A stretch of 17,334 nucleotides of DNA from Armatimonadota bacterium (lineage in GTDB: Bacteria > Armatimonadota > Zipacnadia > Zipacnadales > UBA5352). Positions 1 to 9,108 of the stretch are shown here, one piece after another. Positions within the stretch are counted from its first letter, which is position 1, and the number at the start of each line of letters is the position of its first letter. Made by a program: the position numbers and the translations under genes. Under the pieces are notes generated by a model. The model did no database searches, was not told the origin of the DNA, and saw only the letters and a program-made list of their open reading frames with translations. The stretch covers positions 1 through 17,334 of the forward strand of contig JAYENL010000323.1 in NCBI GenBank assembly GCA_034722055.1, in the 5' to 3' direction.

Positions 1-120
1 GCTCCACGCTTCCTTCAGACGACACCTCCCGATGACGCCCCTGCGCTTCGCTCACCCTTCGCCTCCATCTGGCTGGGTAGAGGACTTGCACCTCCCGACT
101 GTCGAACATGCCCGGCACAC
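1..120 (-). mobile_element. Group II intron, 5' end (start of ribozyme domain I); the rest lies left of the window
   Basis: The reverse complement from base 120 reads GTGTGCCGGGCATGTTCGACAGTCGGGAGGTGCAAGTCCTCTACCCAGCCAGATGGAGGCGAAGGGTGAGCGAAGCGCAGGGGCGTCATCGGGAGGTGTCGTCTGAAGGAAGCGTGGAGC. It starts with the GUGYG 5' splice consensus. It also carries blocks typical of bacterial group II intron domain I: GTGTGCCnGGCATG, GGTGnAAGTCC with a GNRA loop, CGCAnGGG and TCTGAAGGAAGCG. Integrase homology starts right at the boundary. Intron class not determined. Confidence 0.85.
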
Positions 121-680
121 ACGGCAAGGGCGGCCGGGATCGCACGGTCCCGCTCCCCGATCACGCCGCCGAGACGCTCGAGACGTGGCTGGTGTACCGC
201 AAGGGCCTGGGGATCGCGAACGGTTCCGTCTTCTGCACAATCGCGCGAGGGCGGAACGTGCATCCGAAGGCGACGGCTGAAGGCCTCGGCGACGAGACCG
301 TGGTCACCGAGCTGACGCCCGGCAAGCCACTCAATCCCCGCTACATCCGCGCCCTTGTCACCCGGCTGGCCGAGAAGGCCGGCATCGAGAAGCGGGTGAC
401 GCCCCACGTGCTCAGGCACACCGCGGCCACGCGCATGCTCAAGGCGGTGGGGGACGTCCGCCGGGTCCAGGAGTTCCTCGGACATGCCGACGTTAGCACA
501 ACGCAGGTCTACACCGAGGTGCTGGGCCAGGACGTGGCCGAAGCGGTGGATGCAGTCCCCAACGTCGAGGCCGAGCCCGAGCACGAGGCCAGCGAGGCCG
601 AAGAGATCGCGGCTGAGGTCTTGGCGGCGGTGCCGGCGGAAGTAAGACACGCGTTGTCACACATGGTCAGGGATGGATAG
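121..680 (+). pseudogene. Tyrosine recombinase/integrase (XerC/XerD-like), C-terminal catalytic half, interrupted by an antisense group II intron
   Basis: Motifs GKGGRDRTVPL, TPHVLRHTAAT (HxxR) and VQEFLGHADVSTTQVY (LGH...catalytic Tyr). The ORF-track ATG at 108 lies inside the intron sequence. The N-terminal domain and box I Arg are absent from the window. Confidence 0.85.
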
Positions 681-883
681 GGGGTGCGACCGAGCTGCGC
701 CCCGGCGCTCGGATGGCAATACAGGGCATCAGACAGCCGGTGGGAAGGTCTATCTGCTGTATGAGGCATGCGAGCAGCAAGTAGCGAGGGAATCCCGCGG
801 CGGTCGGAGAAGGTGTCTTGTGTCCACGTCGCCACGCCCATAGCTAACTGCGATCGACAGAACGAAGTGGGGAGCGGACCACT

Positions 884-3800
884 GTGACGAGCCATGCGAG
901 TATCCGAGATCGATGGCGCGAGCCGGTTGGTGTCCTTTCCTTCTCGCTGAGCGAAGCCAATCTCGTCGTGGTGGCTGGCGCAGGACTGAGCGCCTCAGCT
1001 GGCCTGCCCACATGGCCGGAGCTTCAGGACGCAATGCTCTCCGAGCTTGGGTCTGACGCTGCCGAGGAGAAGCCGGATGGGCCAATGGCGGCCCTGATAT
1101 ATGAGCGACAGCGCGGTCGCGATGAGTTCATCAGCTTCCTGCGGCGCCAACTCCCGCCCGCATCCCCCTCTGACGCCCATCTCGTCCTTGCAGACCTGCC
1201 CGTATCCGAGTACTTCACGACCAACTACGACAGGATCCTCGAGGTCGCGCTTGGGCAGGTAGACAAGGACCCGCTTACCATCGCCGACGACGGGAACTTC
1301 CACGAGCTGTCCTCTGCGTCTGTCCTCACACCCGCTGTGGTGAAGCTCAACGGCGAACTCGAAAACCCGGATAGCCTCATCATCACCGAGGCCGACTTCG
1401 TGGATTACGAGCAACGGCGTCCCAACATTCTACAGCACGCAATCGACAGCCTCAAGCTTCACGAGGTGCTGTTCCTGGGCGTCAGTTTCAACGACCCCTG
1501 GCTGAAGTACATGCGGAACAGGTCTCGCGCAGAGCTCGGTGGAAGCTGCCGCAAGCGGTACGTTGTCTGGCGAGACTGCTCACCTGCGGTACAGGAAGCC
1601 TACGCACAGCTTGGGTTGGAGGTCATCCAGGTTGCCGAATGGGAAGAGCTCCCGGACTTCCTCGGGGCCCTTCGGGAAGCGGCGGGTAGGCGACTTGCCG
1701 AAGCGCGTGGCGCGGGCTCGGTGCTGCGACAACTGAGTCCGCGTCACGTTGCCAAAGAACTGGGAGAACTCGCGGATCGACACTGGAAGAGTGAACTCCA
1801 GAGGATCGCGGGAAGCGCCAACTCAGGCCTCTACTCATTGGCTCAAAGGGAGTTGGCCGCACTTCTTGATCGGGTGCAGAGACCCGGACCCATGGTTGGC
1901 TCGGACGCAGTGCTCTCGGTGGCACACCGCTTGGCCGCCGAGCTCGCCCTGTCGAGCCGGACTGAGGGCTTCATCGGCGACGCGACGGAGCATCTGGCGA
2001 AGGCGCGCGATCTCTACCCAGAAGGCGACGACTCGCCAAAGCTCGTTCAAGCGCAGGCCCGACTCCATGCGGCATCCGGCGACGCCGACGCTGCTATTGA
2101 CCTCCTTCATGGGTACGAAGATCGGGAATCTGTCCTCCTGCGGTTCAGCATCCACACTGAGATGGCCTGGGCCGGTGCGGAGCCCGAGAAACATCTCAGA
2201 GCCTGCCACCGGATGCAGGAGGAGGGAGCGCTTGATCTCACGGCAACCGCCGAGGACGAAGACGTTGCGCGCATTGCAACGCTCTTCTTCGGCCTCGCCG
2301 GTGAAGCGCAGGAGCTCCGACAAGCGGCGGATGATCTCATTCGTCACAATCCCAGCGGAAGGAATCACCAGATCGCCGGGGAGGCTTTCGCACGTGCGGC
2401 TGTATCACGCTATCGAGACCTATGCGACGACTACGGTCTGCCCTTCGGCGTGCCTGTTCTCATAGACCCTGGAGAGCTGGTTGACCACAAGCTCAGCCAG
2501 AGTGCAGCGCGACACTTCGGGGATGCGGCCCGCGTGTTGGCCCAGAGAAACGCGCAAGCCGAAGCTGAGGCCGCTGCCGAGGATGCATTGAGGATCGCGG
2601 TCCAAGAGGAAATGGCCCCCCTCGCTCATGAGGTCCGCAATTGGGTCTCAGAGGGGAGTCCGGCGCTGAGGCTGGCAGCGAACAAATGGCCCACTGACGA
2701 CGAGTTCGCCGAAGGCCGAGAGACGAGCGGCTCGCTGACGCGGGCATTCGACCGTGCAGCGCCGAATGAGCTTCCAGGGCTTCTGAAGGTAGCGATGACG
2801 CTGACACTGGCAGACGAATCTGCAGCCACCGACGTGCTCAAGCTGCTCTGGCAGAACAGAAGGCTATTCACGCGCGACCCGCTCATGGCGCTCGAATGGA
2901 CGCGCGACGTCGCCCAGCTGTGTGCGTTGCTGGAAGCGCGCGAGGAGCGCGTATCGGTAGACGGTGCAGTCTTGTCTCCATCGCGTGTCATCGGGCAACT
3001 GCACCCACCTTCCGTCTTTGCGTGGTTCCCGCACGCCCTTGAGTGCCAGGCTCATCTCAGTTCGCATCCGCGGACGGAAGGGGCTCTTGAGGCCGCGCGC
3101 GCCGCTGTCGAGCGGGCGCGCGAGCTAGCGGACCCAGACAACCCAGAGATACTCCTGGCTGACTACCACGTGGCGCGCCTCAGCGACGAGGTGGCTGCGC
3201 AGACTGAGTGCGCTGAGAGACTTGTGGAACTGATGAAGACGCAACAGACCGTTGAGCTGTACTTGACGGCGCTTCTTCTTGCTGAGGACTGGCACGGCTT
3301 CCTGGCCGTGTTGGCTGAGGCAATCGAGGATGGTCTCGAGAACGAGGACTCGCTTTGGGTGCGCAACAACAGAGCCATGGCCCTGCTATATCTGCAGCGC
3401 ACGGACGAGGCGACGCGCGACCTCGAATGGGTGTGTGATCCGGTCCAGGCGGTAGAGCCCGAAGATGCCCCATACGTCAGAGATGCAGCGCACAATCTGG
3501 CAAGTGTGTACTGCCAGCAAGGTCGGTACGACGCAGCTGCGAACATGCTATGTGACGTCCGCTCGATGCTTCCTGAAGATGAGGTCGAGTTGGTGTTGAG
3601 GCAGTCGCAGGTTCTCTTGGACGCCGGCAAGGCACAGCAGGCCTTTAGTGTGCTGAAGCGGGAAGCCACCACCTATGCTGGAGTTCGAAGGTTTGATCTG
3701 CACCTGTATACTGCTGCCTTCCGTTCCGGCGACGAAGATGACCCCGTCGCTCGAGGAGCGGGCCAGCGTCTGTTCGAGGCCCCCGACGACGAATATGTCC

Positions 3801-5128
3801 GCAAGATCGTGATCCCTCGCGAGGGCACGCTCGGTGCGTTTGGGGAGATGCTGCGGGAGCGAAGCGAGGTCTTCCGTTTCGTTGAGAGCCAGTACGTTGC
3901 CGGCACGATGCCGTTCATTCCCTTCGCCTGCTCACCTGTCATCAACCGCCCAGTGTGTGAGTTGTGGTGGCGCATGGGGCGGGAGCAGATGCCTCGCTAC
4001 GTCGGCTTGTCCAGCGCTCCCGACGAGGTGGAGTGGCTAACGGAGACCAGGCCGAATGCCGCAGTCCTCGACTATACGACGCTTCTTCTCCTTTGCGACG
4101 TCGTCCCCACCGAGCTTGGGACGCCTCTGGATTTGATCGGCCAATTGCTTGAGGCCGTACTCGTACCGCACAGTCTCCGGGTGCTTCTCGACCGCGAGCA
4201 GTCTTCGCTTGCCGCTGTCATCCATCAGCCATCCCGGGTGGACGCGGCCAGAGAGGTCTATACAGCTCTGAGGAGAAGCGGCAAGCTCCGGCGAGCCCCC
4301 GCGATCACTGACCAAGCTGACCCGACCGGCGAGCTGTCCGCGCGACGTCATGCCGCGCACCACGGCCTTGTCTACGTCACCGCGTATCCGCAACAGGGAC
4401 CCGTGAGCGATGAGGAGGTCGCGTCAGTGCGCGAGTTTGCAGGCTTCCTGGAGACTCAGGGCGTGTTGTCGCGGCAAAGCCTGACGAAGCTCCAGGCTCT
4501 GGATCTCCCCGATGTGACCGCGGTTACGCCCGACTGGGATCGGCTCCGAGACGCGAGAGCGGCGGTGCTTGACCGAGGCGCACTCAACGTTCTCCTGAAG
4601 ACTGATGCGCTGGCGGACACGATTCACTGGTTAGACGTGATTCACGTACCAGAGGTCAACATCGTGCAGTTTGAGGCCTGGCAGGAGGAGAGCAGCTGGG
4701 TCGCGGGGTGCGGTGACCGGTTTGCTCAATTGCGGGAGGAACTGGAGCGTCGTGATGACATTGTCCAGTGGGTTGCATTGGGGGCCGATGACAGGATTCT
4801 CGTTGAGGATCAGCTCGGAGAGGGCGAGTGGAGCTTGTCGTGGGACTGCTTCTTCGACTTCATGAACGTGGCCGTCAAGACGGGCGCGCCACTGTGGACA
4901 GACGATCGGGCGACTCGTGCCTTCGCCGTTGAGGATCACACTGTTCGCCGCTTCGGTACTGACGCCATGATCCAATACAGCCATCGGGAGGGCCGCATTA
5001 GCGACGACCAGTATGCAGAACTGACATCACGCCTGTTGCGGGCAGGCGTTCTCTCTCTCCCCATTGATCCCATCTACCTTGCTCAGATGCTCCGAAGCGC
5101 AGGGGATGAAGATGAAGGTAGAGCTTGA
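884..5128 (+). CDS. Large multidomain protein: N-terminal SIR2-like (SIR2_2) domain, TPR-like helical repeats, two PIN-like domains (1414 aa; possibly continues into the next ORF via a frameshift)
   Basis: GTG start with GGGGAG at 869-874. SIR2 motifs: VVVAGAGLSASAGLPTW, YFTTNYD, VVKLNG, LFLGVSFNDP. TPR-like segments include NRAMALLYLQRTDEATRDLE, HNLASVYCQQGRYDAAANML and SQVLLDAGKAQQAFSVLK. PIN-like strands are AAVLDYTTLLLL...VLVPHS and AAVLDRGALNVL...IHVPE...LWTDDRATR. Confidence 0.85.
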   Translation: MTSHASIRDRWREPVGVLSFSLSEANLVVVAGAGLSASAGLPTWPELQDAMLSELGSDAAEEKPDGPMAALIYERQRGRDEFISFLRRQLPPASPSDAHLVLADLPVSEYFTTNYDRILEVALGQVDKDPLTIADDGNFHELSSASVLTPAVVKLNGELENPDSLIITEADFVDYEQRRPNILQHAIDSLKLHEVLFLGVSFNDPWLKYMRNRSRAELGGSCRKRYVVWRDCSPAVQEAYAQLGLEVIQVAEWEELPDFLGALREAAGRRLAEARGAGSVLRQLSPRHVAKELGELADRHWKSELQRIAGSANSGLYSLAQRELAALLDRVQRPGPMVGSDAVLSVAHRLAAELALSSRTEGFIGDATEHLAKARDLYPEGDDSPKLVQAQARLHAASGDADAAIDLLHGYEDRESVLLRFSIHTEMAWAGAEPEKHLRACHRMQEEGALDLTATAEDEDVARIATLFFGLAGEAQELRQAADDLIRHNPSGRNHQIAGEAFARAAVSRYRDLCDDYGLPFGVPVLIDPGELVDHKLSQSAARHFGDAARVLAQRNAQAEAEAAAEDALRIAVQEEMAPLAHEVRNWVSEGSPALRLAANKWPTDDEFAEGRETSGSLTRAFDRAAPNELPGLLKVAMTLTLADESAATDVLKLLWQNRRLFTRDPLMALEWTRDVAQLCALLEAREERVSVDGAVLSPSRVIGQLHPPSVFAWFPHALECQAHLSSHPRTEGALEAARAAVERARELADPDNPEILLADYHVARLSDEVAAQTECAERLVELMKTQQTVELYLTALLLAEDWHGFLAVLAEAIEDGLENEDSLWVRNNRAMALLYLQRTDEATRDLEWVCDPVQAVEPEDAPYVRDAAHNLASVYCQQGRYDAAANMLCDVRSMLPEDEVELVLRQSQVLLDAGKAQQAFSVLKREATTYAGVRRFDLHLYTAAFRSGDEDDPVARGAGQRLFEAPDDEYVRKIVIPREGTLGAFGEMLRERSEVFRFVESQYVAGTMPFIPFACSPVINRPVCELWWRMGREQMPRYVGLSSAPDEVEWLTETRPNAAVLDYTTLLLLCDVVPTELGTPLDLIGQLLEAVLVPHSLRVLLDREQSSLAAVIHQPSRVDAAREVYTALRRSGKLRRAPAITDQADPTGELSARRHAAHHGLVYVTAYPQQGPVSDEEVASVREFAGFLETQGVLSRQSLTKLQALDLPDVTAVTPDWDRLRDARAAVLDRGALNVLLKTDALADTIHWLDVIHVPEVNIVQFEAWQEESSWVAGCGDRFAQLREELERRDDIVQWVALGADDRILVEDQLGEGEWSLSWDCFFDFMNVAVKTGAPLWTDDRATRAFAVEDHTVRRFGTDAMIQYSHREGRISDDQYAELTSRLLRAGVLSLPIDPIYLAQMLRSAGDEDEGRA

Positions 5129-7868
5129 GCAGGCGATAGATAGCTACCGCGCGGGCCTCCTGGAGATCAAGAGGCTGACCGAAGACGAGGCAGCGCCGTA
5201 TCAGCAACCCCTGCTGGGCACAGCCACCAACGCGTACTTCAGCCGCATCGCTGAGACACTCGAGCTATGCTTCGATAGCCGCGAGAGCGTCGACGACGAA
5301 GCGCTTGCTGAGATGCTACGCGAGTTCGACCTATCACGGGCAGATGCTTCATTCAAGGGTGGACCGTGGGCCTATCTCTTTGGCGTCTTGGCTAACCTCT
5401 ATATGCGGACGAGCGCCGATGGGGAGACACGGTCCGGCATCCTCGCACGAGACGATGCGGTCGAGTTCTCGCAGTGGTGTGACCGGCTGTTCGATGCTGC
5501 TGGCTACAGCGACGAAGACCTCGCTCGGGCCTGGCGACGGGTCCTCAGGACCTCGATCAACGTGTGGGGCAATCTTGGCGACCAGCACCGCGACCAAGTG
5601 CAGACGGCCATCAGGCAGCAGCTTGCACGGTTGCTGGCTTCGGTTCCGCCCAGGTTACGTGAAGATGCCCTGGATGACGAACTCGAGGCACTGCTTGAGG
5701 AGCTCGGGCTGGGGCTGATCGAGATCGTCGACATCCAATATGAAGTAGAGGGGCGAGAAAAGCACATTCGGATTCCGACCGAGCAGCTATGGGAAGAGGC
5801 AACACGGTCTATCGTCGACGCGCTTCGCGGCCACGAGACGGGCCCTTCGGACTCGGGCCTCCGCCATATCGTCCGGGTGTCCCCGAGATCGCTCGTGATA
5901 AAGCACATCGCGGCGCCAGATGAGCTCGTTGAACTGGGATACCATCCTGAGGGCGAGGTCAGGGCACGCTTGTCTTTCCATCTCTTGAGCAGCGCTGACC
6001 GTGGCGTTCGGCAGGCCGCTTGGGAGCATGGCTTGGAGATCATCGACGCGGCTTCTGATGATCTTGCTGAAGTCGAGTTGCAGCTTTTCGATCAGACCCG
6101 AAGGAGATGGCTGGGGCTCAAGGAGAGACTGCTGACTGATGACCCGTCGGAGTACGAGCCGGCTGCGATTGAGGCCAGACGGGCGCTCGCCGGCATGCCT
6201 TCAGTCATCGCGCGTTCGATGATGGAGGCATCGGCGTTCGGCGCTGAACCAGTACTTGAGGTACTGCGGCTGGTGACGCCAGGTATAGTGCATGGCTGGT
6301 TGAAGCTGAGCCCGGAGGACTTTGCGGACGCCCAATCGCTGGAACGGGCAGCGAGCCGGCACCGGCCTAAAGGGCGATCTAGCTCCGCACTGCTTGACGA
6401 GGCAGCCATTCGACTATGCACACCGTTTCGCGACGCAGCACTATGGCGACAACGCATCTGGGACGCACTTGGGGACAATGAGCGAGGCGAGCTGATAGAC
6501 GGCCTATTGAGGCGGGCGGAGCGAACCGCCTGTGCATGCTTTGCTGCTAACGTAGCCGTGATGTGCATGGAGCAAGAGACGGCTCAGAGCGTAGTAAGGT
6601 CCACGCCTTCACTGCGAGACCGTCTCGCCGCCATCGTAGCCGATACGTTGATGCCTCACTCCCTGATGGATCGGGATGCAAAGCCGGTGCGCCCTGAGGC
6701 CGCCCAACTCCTTGAGTACAAGATCGCCGAGCGGCTGTACTACAGCTGGCGAACACGGGGAGACGAAGTTGGTCAGGGCAATTTCGAGCAGAATGCATAC
6801 CTATCCATTTGTGCTGGCAGCCTGCTGAGTTCAGTGCTCAGCCAAGCCAGCGGCGTAGCCGCCGAAGGTGAGGGCGACATGCTTGCAGAACTGGCGGAAG
6901 CGGTGAGGCTTGGTCCCGAGGCGAGTGTCCTGTGGCACTTGGAGCCGGAGGATGCGAACTCGCGCCTGAACCCTCTCCGTAACTGGAGTTCCCCATGGGC
7001 TGCGCTCCTGCTGCTGGCGGAAGCCAACGAGCATCGGGAGTTCTTCTGTTCGGATGTTGCGGATGCAGATGTAGGCAATGCTCTCTTCGCCCTGGCCGAA
7101 CAGCTGTCCGCTTCGGCTATCTTCTGGGATGTACCTTCGACGCGGCGCACATGGCTTGAGGACCATCTGAGCCCTGAGGCACACCGGCTCGCTGTGGACC
7201 TCCTGCTCGCGGCGAGGAGTCACGCAATTCCGTACTGGCCCGATTCGCGACAGGAGCGAGTCCGACGCCTCGAGGAAGGTCTCGTGCCCGAGGATCTCGA
7301 CAGGGAAGTCGCTGAGACAATCGCCGAGGGGGCTCCCGATACTGCCGCTTACGTGATGGGCTTCGGGCTTGTCTACGGTCCGCTAGACTATGACGCCTGG
7401 ATCACCCGGCTTCTTACCGTTCTCGAGCAGGATGCCGTCTGGGACCGTATAATGGATGAACCTGTGTTGCTCCACCAAGCGCTCAACGCTCTGGTTACCG
7501 CGGCGGTTGTCGCAACAACGCGGGAAGAGACGCTGCCCGACGCGCTGCGGCAACGACTTCTCAGCAATGAAGACCTTCCTCCTGACCACATCGCCCGATT
7601 CTTTCCCGCGGTCGCTCAGGCCTTGTGGGCGGGAGCCCGGCTCGATGGTGCGACCGAATGGCTTGAGAGGCGCGTTCTTGAGACCTCAGGCAGCCAGGAG
7701 TTGGCGAGCCAGTTGACTGAGCAACTCGTAGCTATCGTTGAGTCGGGCCAAGCTTTGATAGCTGTGAGAGCGTCCATCGAGGACATGCTGCGACGTCTCG
7801 CGATGCAGCCACCATTCAGCGAGTTAGCGCAACTGCGGCGCTATCGGCAGGGCGATACGGATGAGTGA
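5112..7868 (+). CDS. Large alpha-helical hypothetical protein (~918 aa); either a separate gene or the frameshifted C-terminus of the SIR2-TPR-PIN protein
   Basis: Long ORF (frame open from 5064). ATGs at 5106 and 5112, with AGGGG at 5101-5105 as a possible RBS for 5112. It overlaps the upstream stop (5128), and its own stop overlaps the next start by 8 nt. No catalytic motif recognised. Confidence 0.7.
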   Translation: MKVELEQAIDSYRAGLLEIKRLTEDEAAPYQQPLLGTATNAYFSRIAETLELCFDSRESVDDEALAEMLREFDLSRADASFKGGPWAYLFGVLANLYMRTSADGETRSGILARDDAVEFSQWCDRLFDAAGYSDEDLARAWRRVLRTSINVWGNLGDQHRDQVQTAIRQQLARLLASVPPRLREDALDDELEALLEELGLGLIEIVDIQYEVEGREKHIRIPTEQLWEEATRSIVDALRGHETGPSDSGLRHIVRVSPRSLVIKHIAAPDELVELGYHPEGEVRARLSFHLLSSADRGVRQAAWEHGLEIIDAASDDLAEVELQLFDQTRRRWLGLKERLLTDDPSEYEPAAIEARRALAGMPSVIARSMMEASAFGAEPVLEVLRLVTPGIVHGWLKLSPEDFADAQSLERAASRHRPKGRSSSALLDEAAIRLCTPFRDAALWRQRIWDALGDNERGELIDGLLRRAERTACACFAANVAVMCMEQETAQSVVRSTPSLRDRLAAIVADTLMPHSLMDRDAKPVRPEAAQLLEYKIAERLYYSWRTRGDEVGQGNFEQNAYLSICAGSLLSSVLSQASGVAAEGEGDMLAELAEAVRLGPEASVLWHLEPEDANSRLNPLRNWSSPWAALLLLAEANEHREFFCSDVADADVGNALFALAEQLSASAIFWDVPSTRRTWLEDHLSPEAHRLAVDLLLAARSHAIPYWPDSRQERVRRLEEGLVPEDLDREVAETIAEGAPDTAAYVMGFGLVYGPLDYDAWITRLLTVLEQDAVWDRIMDEPVLLHQALNALVTAAVVATTREETLPDALRQRLLSNEDLPPDHIARFFPAVAQALWAGARLDGATEWLERRVLETSGSQELASQLTEQLVAIVESGQALIAVRASIEDMLRRLAMQPPFSELAQLRRYRQGDTDE

Positions 7869-9108
7869 CGATACCCGGCATGTCATCTCGTTCCACTCCC
7901 AGAAGGGTGGAGTTGGCAAGAGCGTTTTGGCGTGGCACCTGGTGAGCCATCTCGCGAAGCCCGGGCTGCATGAAGACAGGAAGGATGAGAAGCCCCTGAG
8001 GGTCACCCTCGTCGATGGTGATCTTACCGGCACGAGCATCGCGGATGCGGAGGACCTCCGGGCAGCTCGTACCGGGACGAAGACGCCGAGCTTCAGCGAC
8101 GCCGCCACCACCGTACGCATCATCCGCGAAGAGTACCGTGGGGCCTTCCCTGACACTGGTTCGCCGCCCGTGGTCTTCCTCAACAGGCTGCTTTTGTCGG
8201 ATCCGACGGAGTTCGCACACTTGATCTGTTCTGATGTCGACGACGCTGAGCGTTATGCGGTACGCAGGCGAGCTTACCAAGCCTCATTTGCAGGGCTCCC
8301 ACACTATGCGTGGCGGACGGCAATCTCGGAGAGGCTTCGCGTGATTCCCTCATCATCTTACCCCAGGGATGTGCGCGAGATCGCGCCGCACCTGTTTCGA
8401 GAGGACATGACAAGCCACTTCAGCGACCGACTTGCGGACCTCGTTCTCACGCTTATTGGCACGCGGCACACTGATGGGGGCAAGCGGCACAACGCGCATC
8501 CGAGCATTGGCAGTGTCGAGGCTGATGCAGTCATCATCGACTCTCCACCCGGGCTCCACGGTCTATCGAGGGCGGTTCTCCAATGCCATGACGAGCTTGC
8601 CCGGCGGATATCAGCGGGTGTCACTGCGGTTGACGTCAGGAGAACCGCCGTGTTCGTCGGGACGGATGATCTCCAGGACATCGCCGCACTATCCCGCTCG
8701 TTGAACGGCATCCTGCGAGCGGCCGGGAGTGAGGACGCGCAAGTGCCGGATGGTCTAAGAAGGCTCACGCGGTTGCTACTGCTGAACAGATATCGCGACC
8801 GTGACCCATGGCCCAACGGAGCCAAGAGATTGCTCGAAGCTGCGGGGGCGCCGGGCCGTAAGTGGGACATGACCGAAGTGCGTGAGGTCGGCGGCTACTA
8901 CCACGAGAAGCTCCAGGAGTATGTCGCGGCGCCGCACCCATCGCTGGAGAGACCTCCAGGCGATCCGGAGAGTGTGTTTGCAGACATGCTCTGTGTACCC
9001 TTCGATGATGGACTCGCGAAGACGTTTAAGTCCGACCGTGCCTCAGGCATTCCGTCTTGGCAGAACGCAGATGTGCTCCTACAGCTCATTAGGGGGGTGC
9101 TCGATTGA
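7861..9108 (+). CDS. ParA/MinD-family (SIMIBI) ATPase
   Basis: Deviant Walker A VISFHSQKGGVGKS, Walker A' VTLVDGDL, LRVIPSS, Walker B VIIDSPPGL, and LLLNR. ATG overlaps the upstream stop (ATGAGTGA). Confidence 0.85.
   Translation: MSDDTRHVISFHSQKGGVGKSVLAWHLVSHLAKPGLHEDRKDEKPLRVTLVDGDLTGTSIADAEDLRAARTGTKTPSFSDAATTVRIIREEYRGAFPDTGSPPVVFLNRLLLSDPTEFAHLICSDVDDAERYAVRRRAYQASFAGLPHYAWRTAISERLRVIPSSSYPRDVREIAPHLFREDMTSHFSDRLADLVLTLIGTRHTDGGKRHNAHPSIGSVEADAVIIDSPPGLHGLSRAVLQCHDELARRISAGVTAVDVRRTAVFVGTDDLQDIAALSRSLNGILRAAGSEDAQVPDGLRRLTRLLLLNRYRDRDPWPNGAKRLLEAAGAPGRKWDMTEVREVGGYYHEKLQEYVAAPHPSLERPPGDPESVFADMLCVPFDDGLAKTFKSDRASGIPSWQNADVLLQLIRGVLD

Noticed and set aside
108..680. Complete 190-aa integrase starting at ATG 108
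   Set aside because: The ATG lies within the antisense intron sequence, and the product lacks the N-terminal domain and box I Arg.
690..712. Hairpin CCGAGC...GCTCGG after the integrase stop as an intrinsic terminator
   Set aside because: Short stem in GC-rich DNA with no U-tract; not supportable.
121..883. Integron (IntI plus cassette array)
   Set aside because: The extra ~20 residues lie after the VF motif and lack the IntI-specific ALxRKYP...W signature. No attC-like inverted repeats are seen, and the cargo is co-oriented downstream of the integrase.
884..5128. Calling the SIR2 protein ThsA, DSR1/DSR2, Avs or SIR2-HerA
   Set aside because: No SLOG, STAND Walker A, or neighbouring TIR/HerA/pAgo gene is visible, and the PIN-like C-terminus and partners do not fit those systems.
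7861..9108. Plasmid/chromosome partition locus
   Set aside because: No ParB or parS noticed, and the gene is embedded in a coupled operon with unrelated genes.
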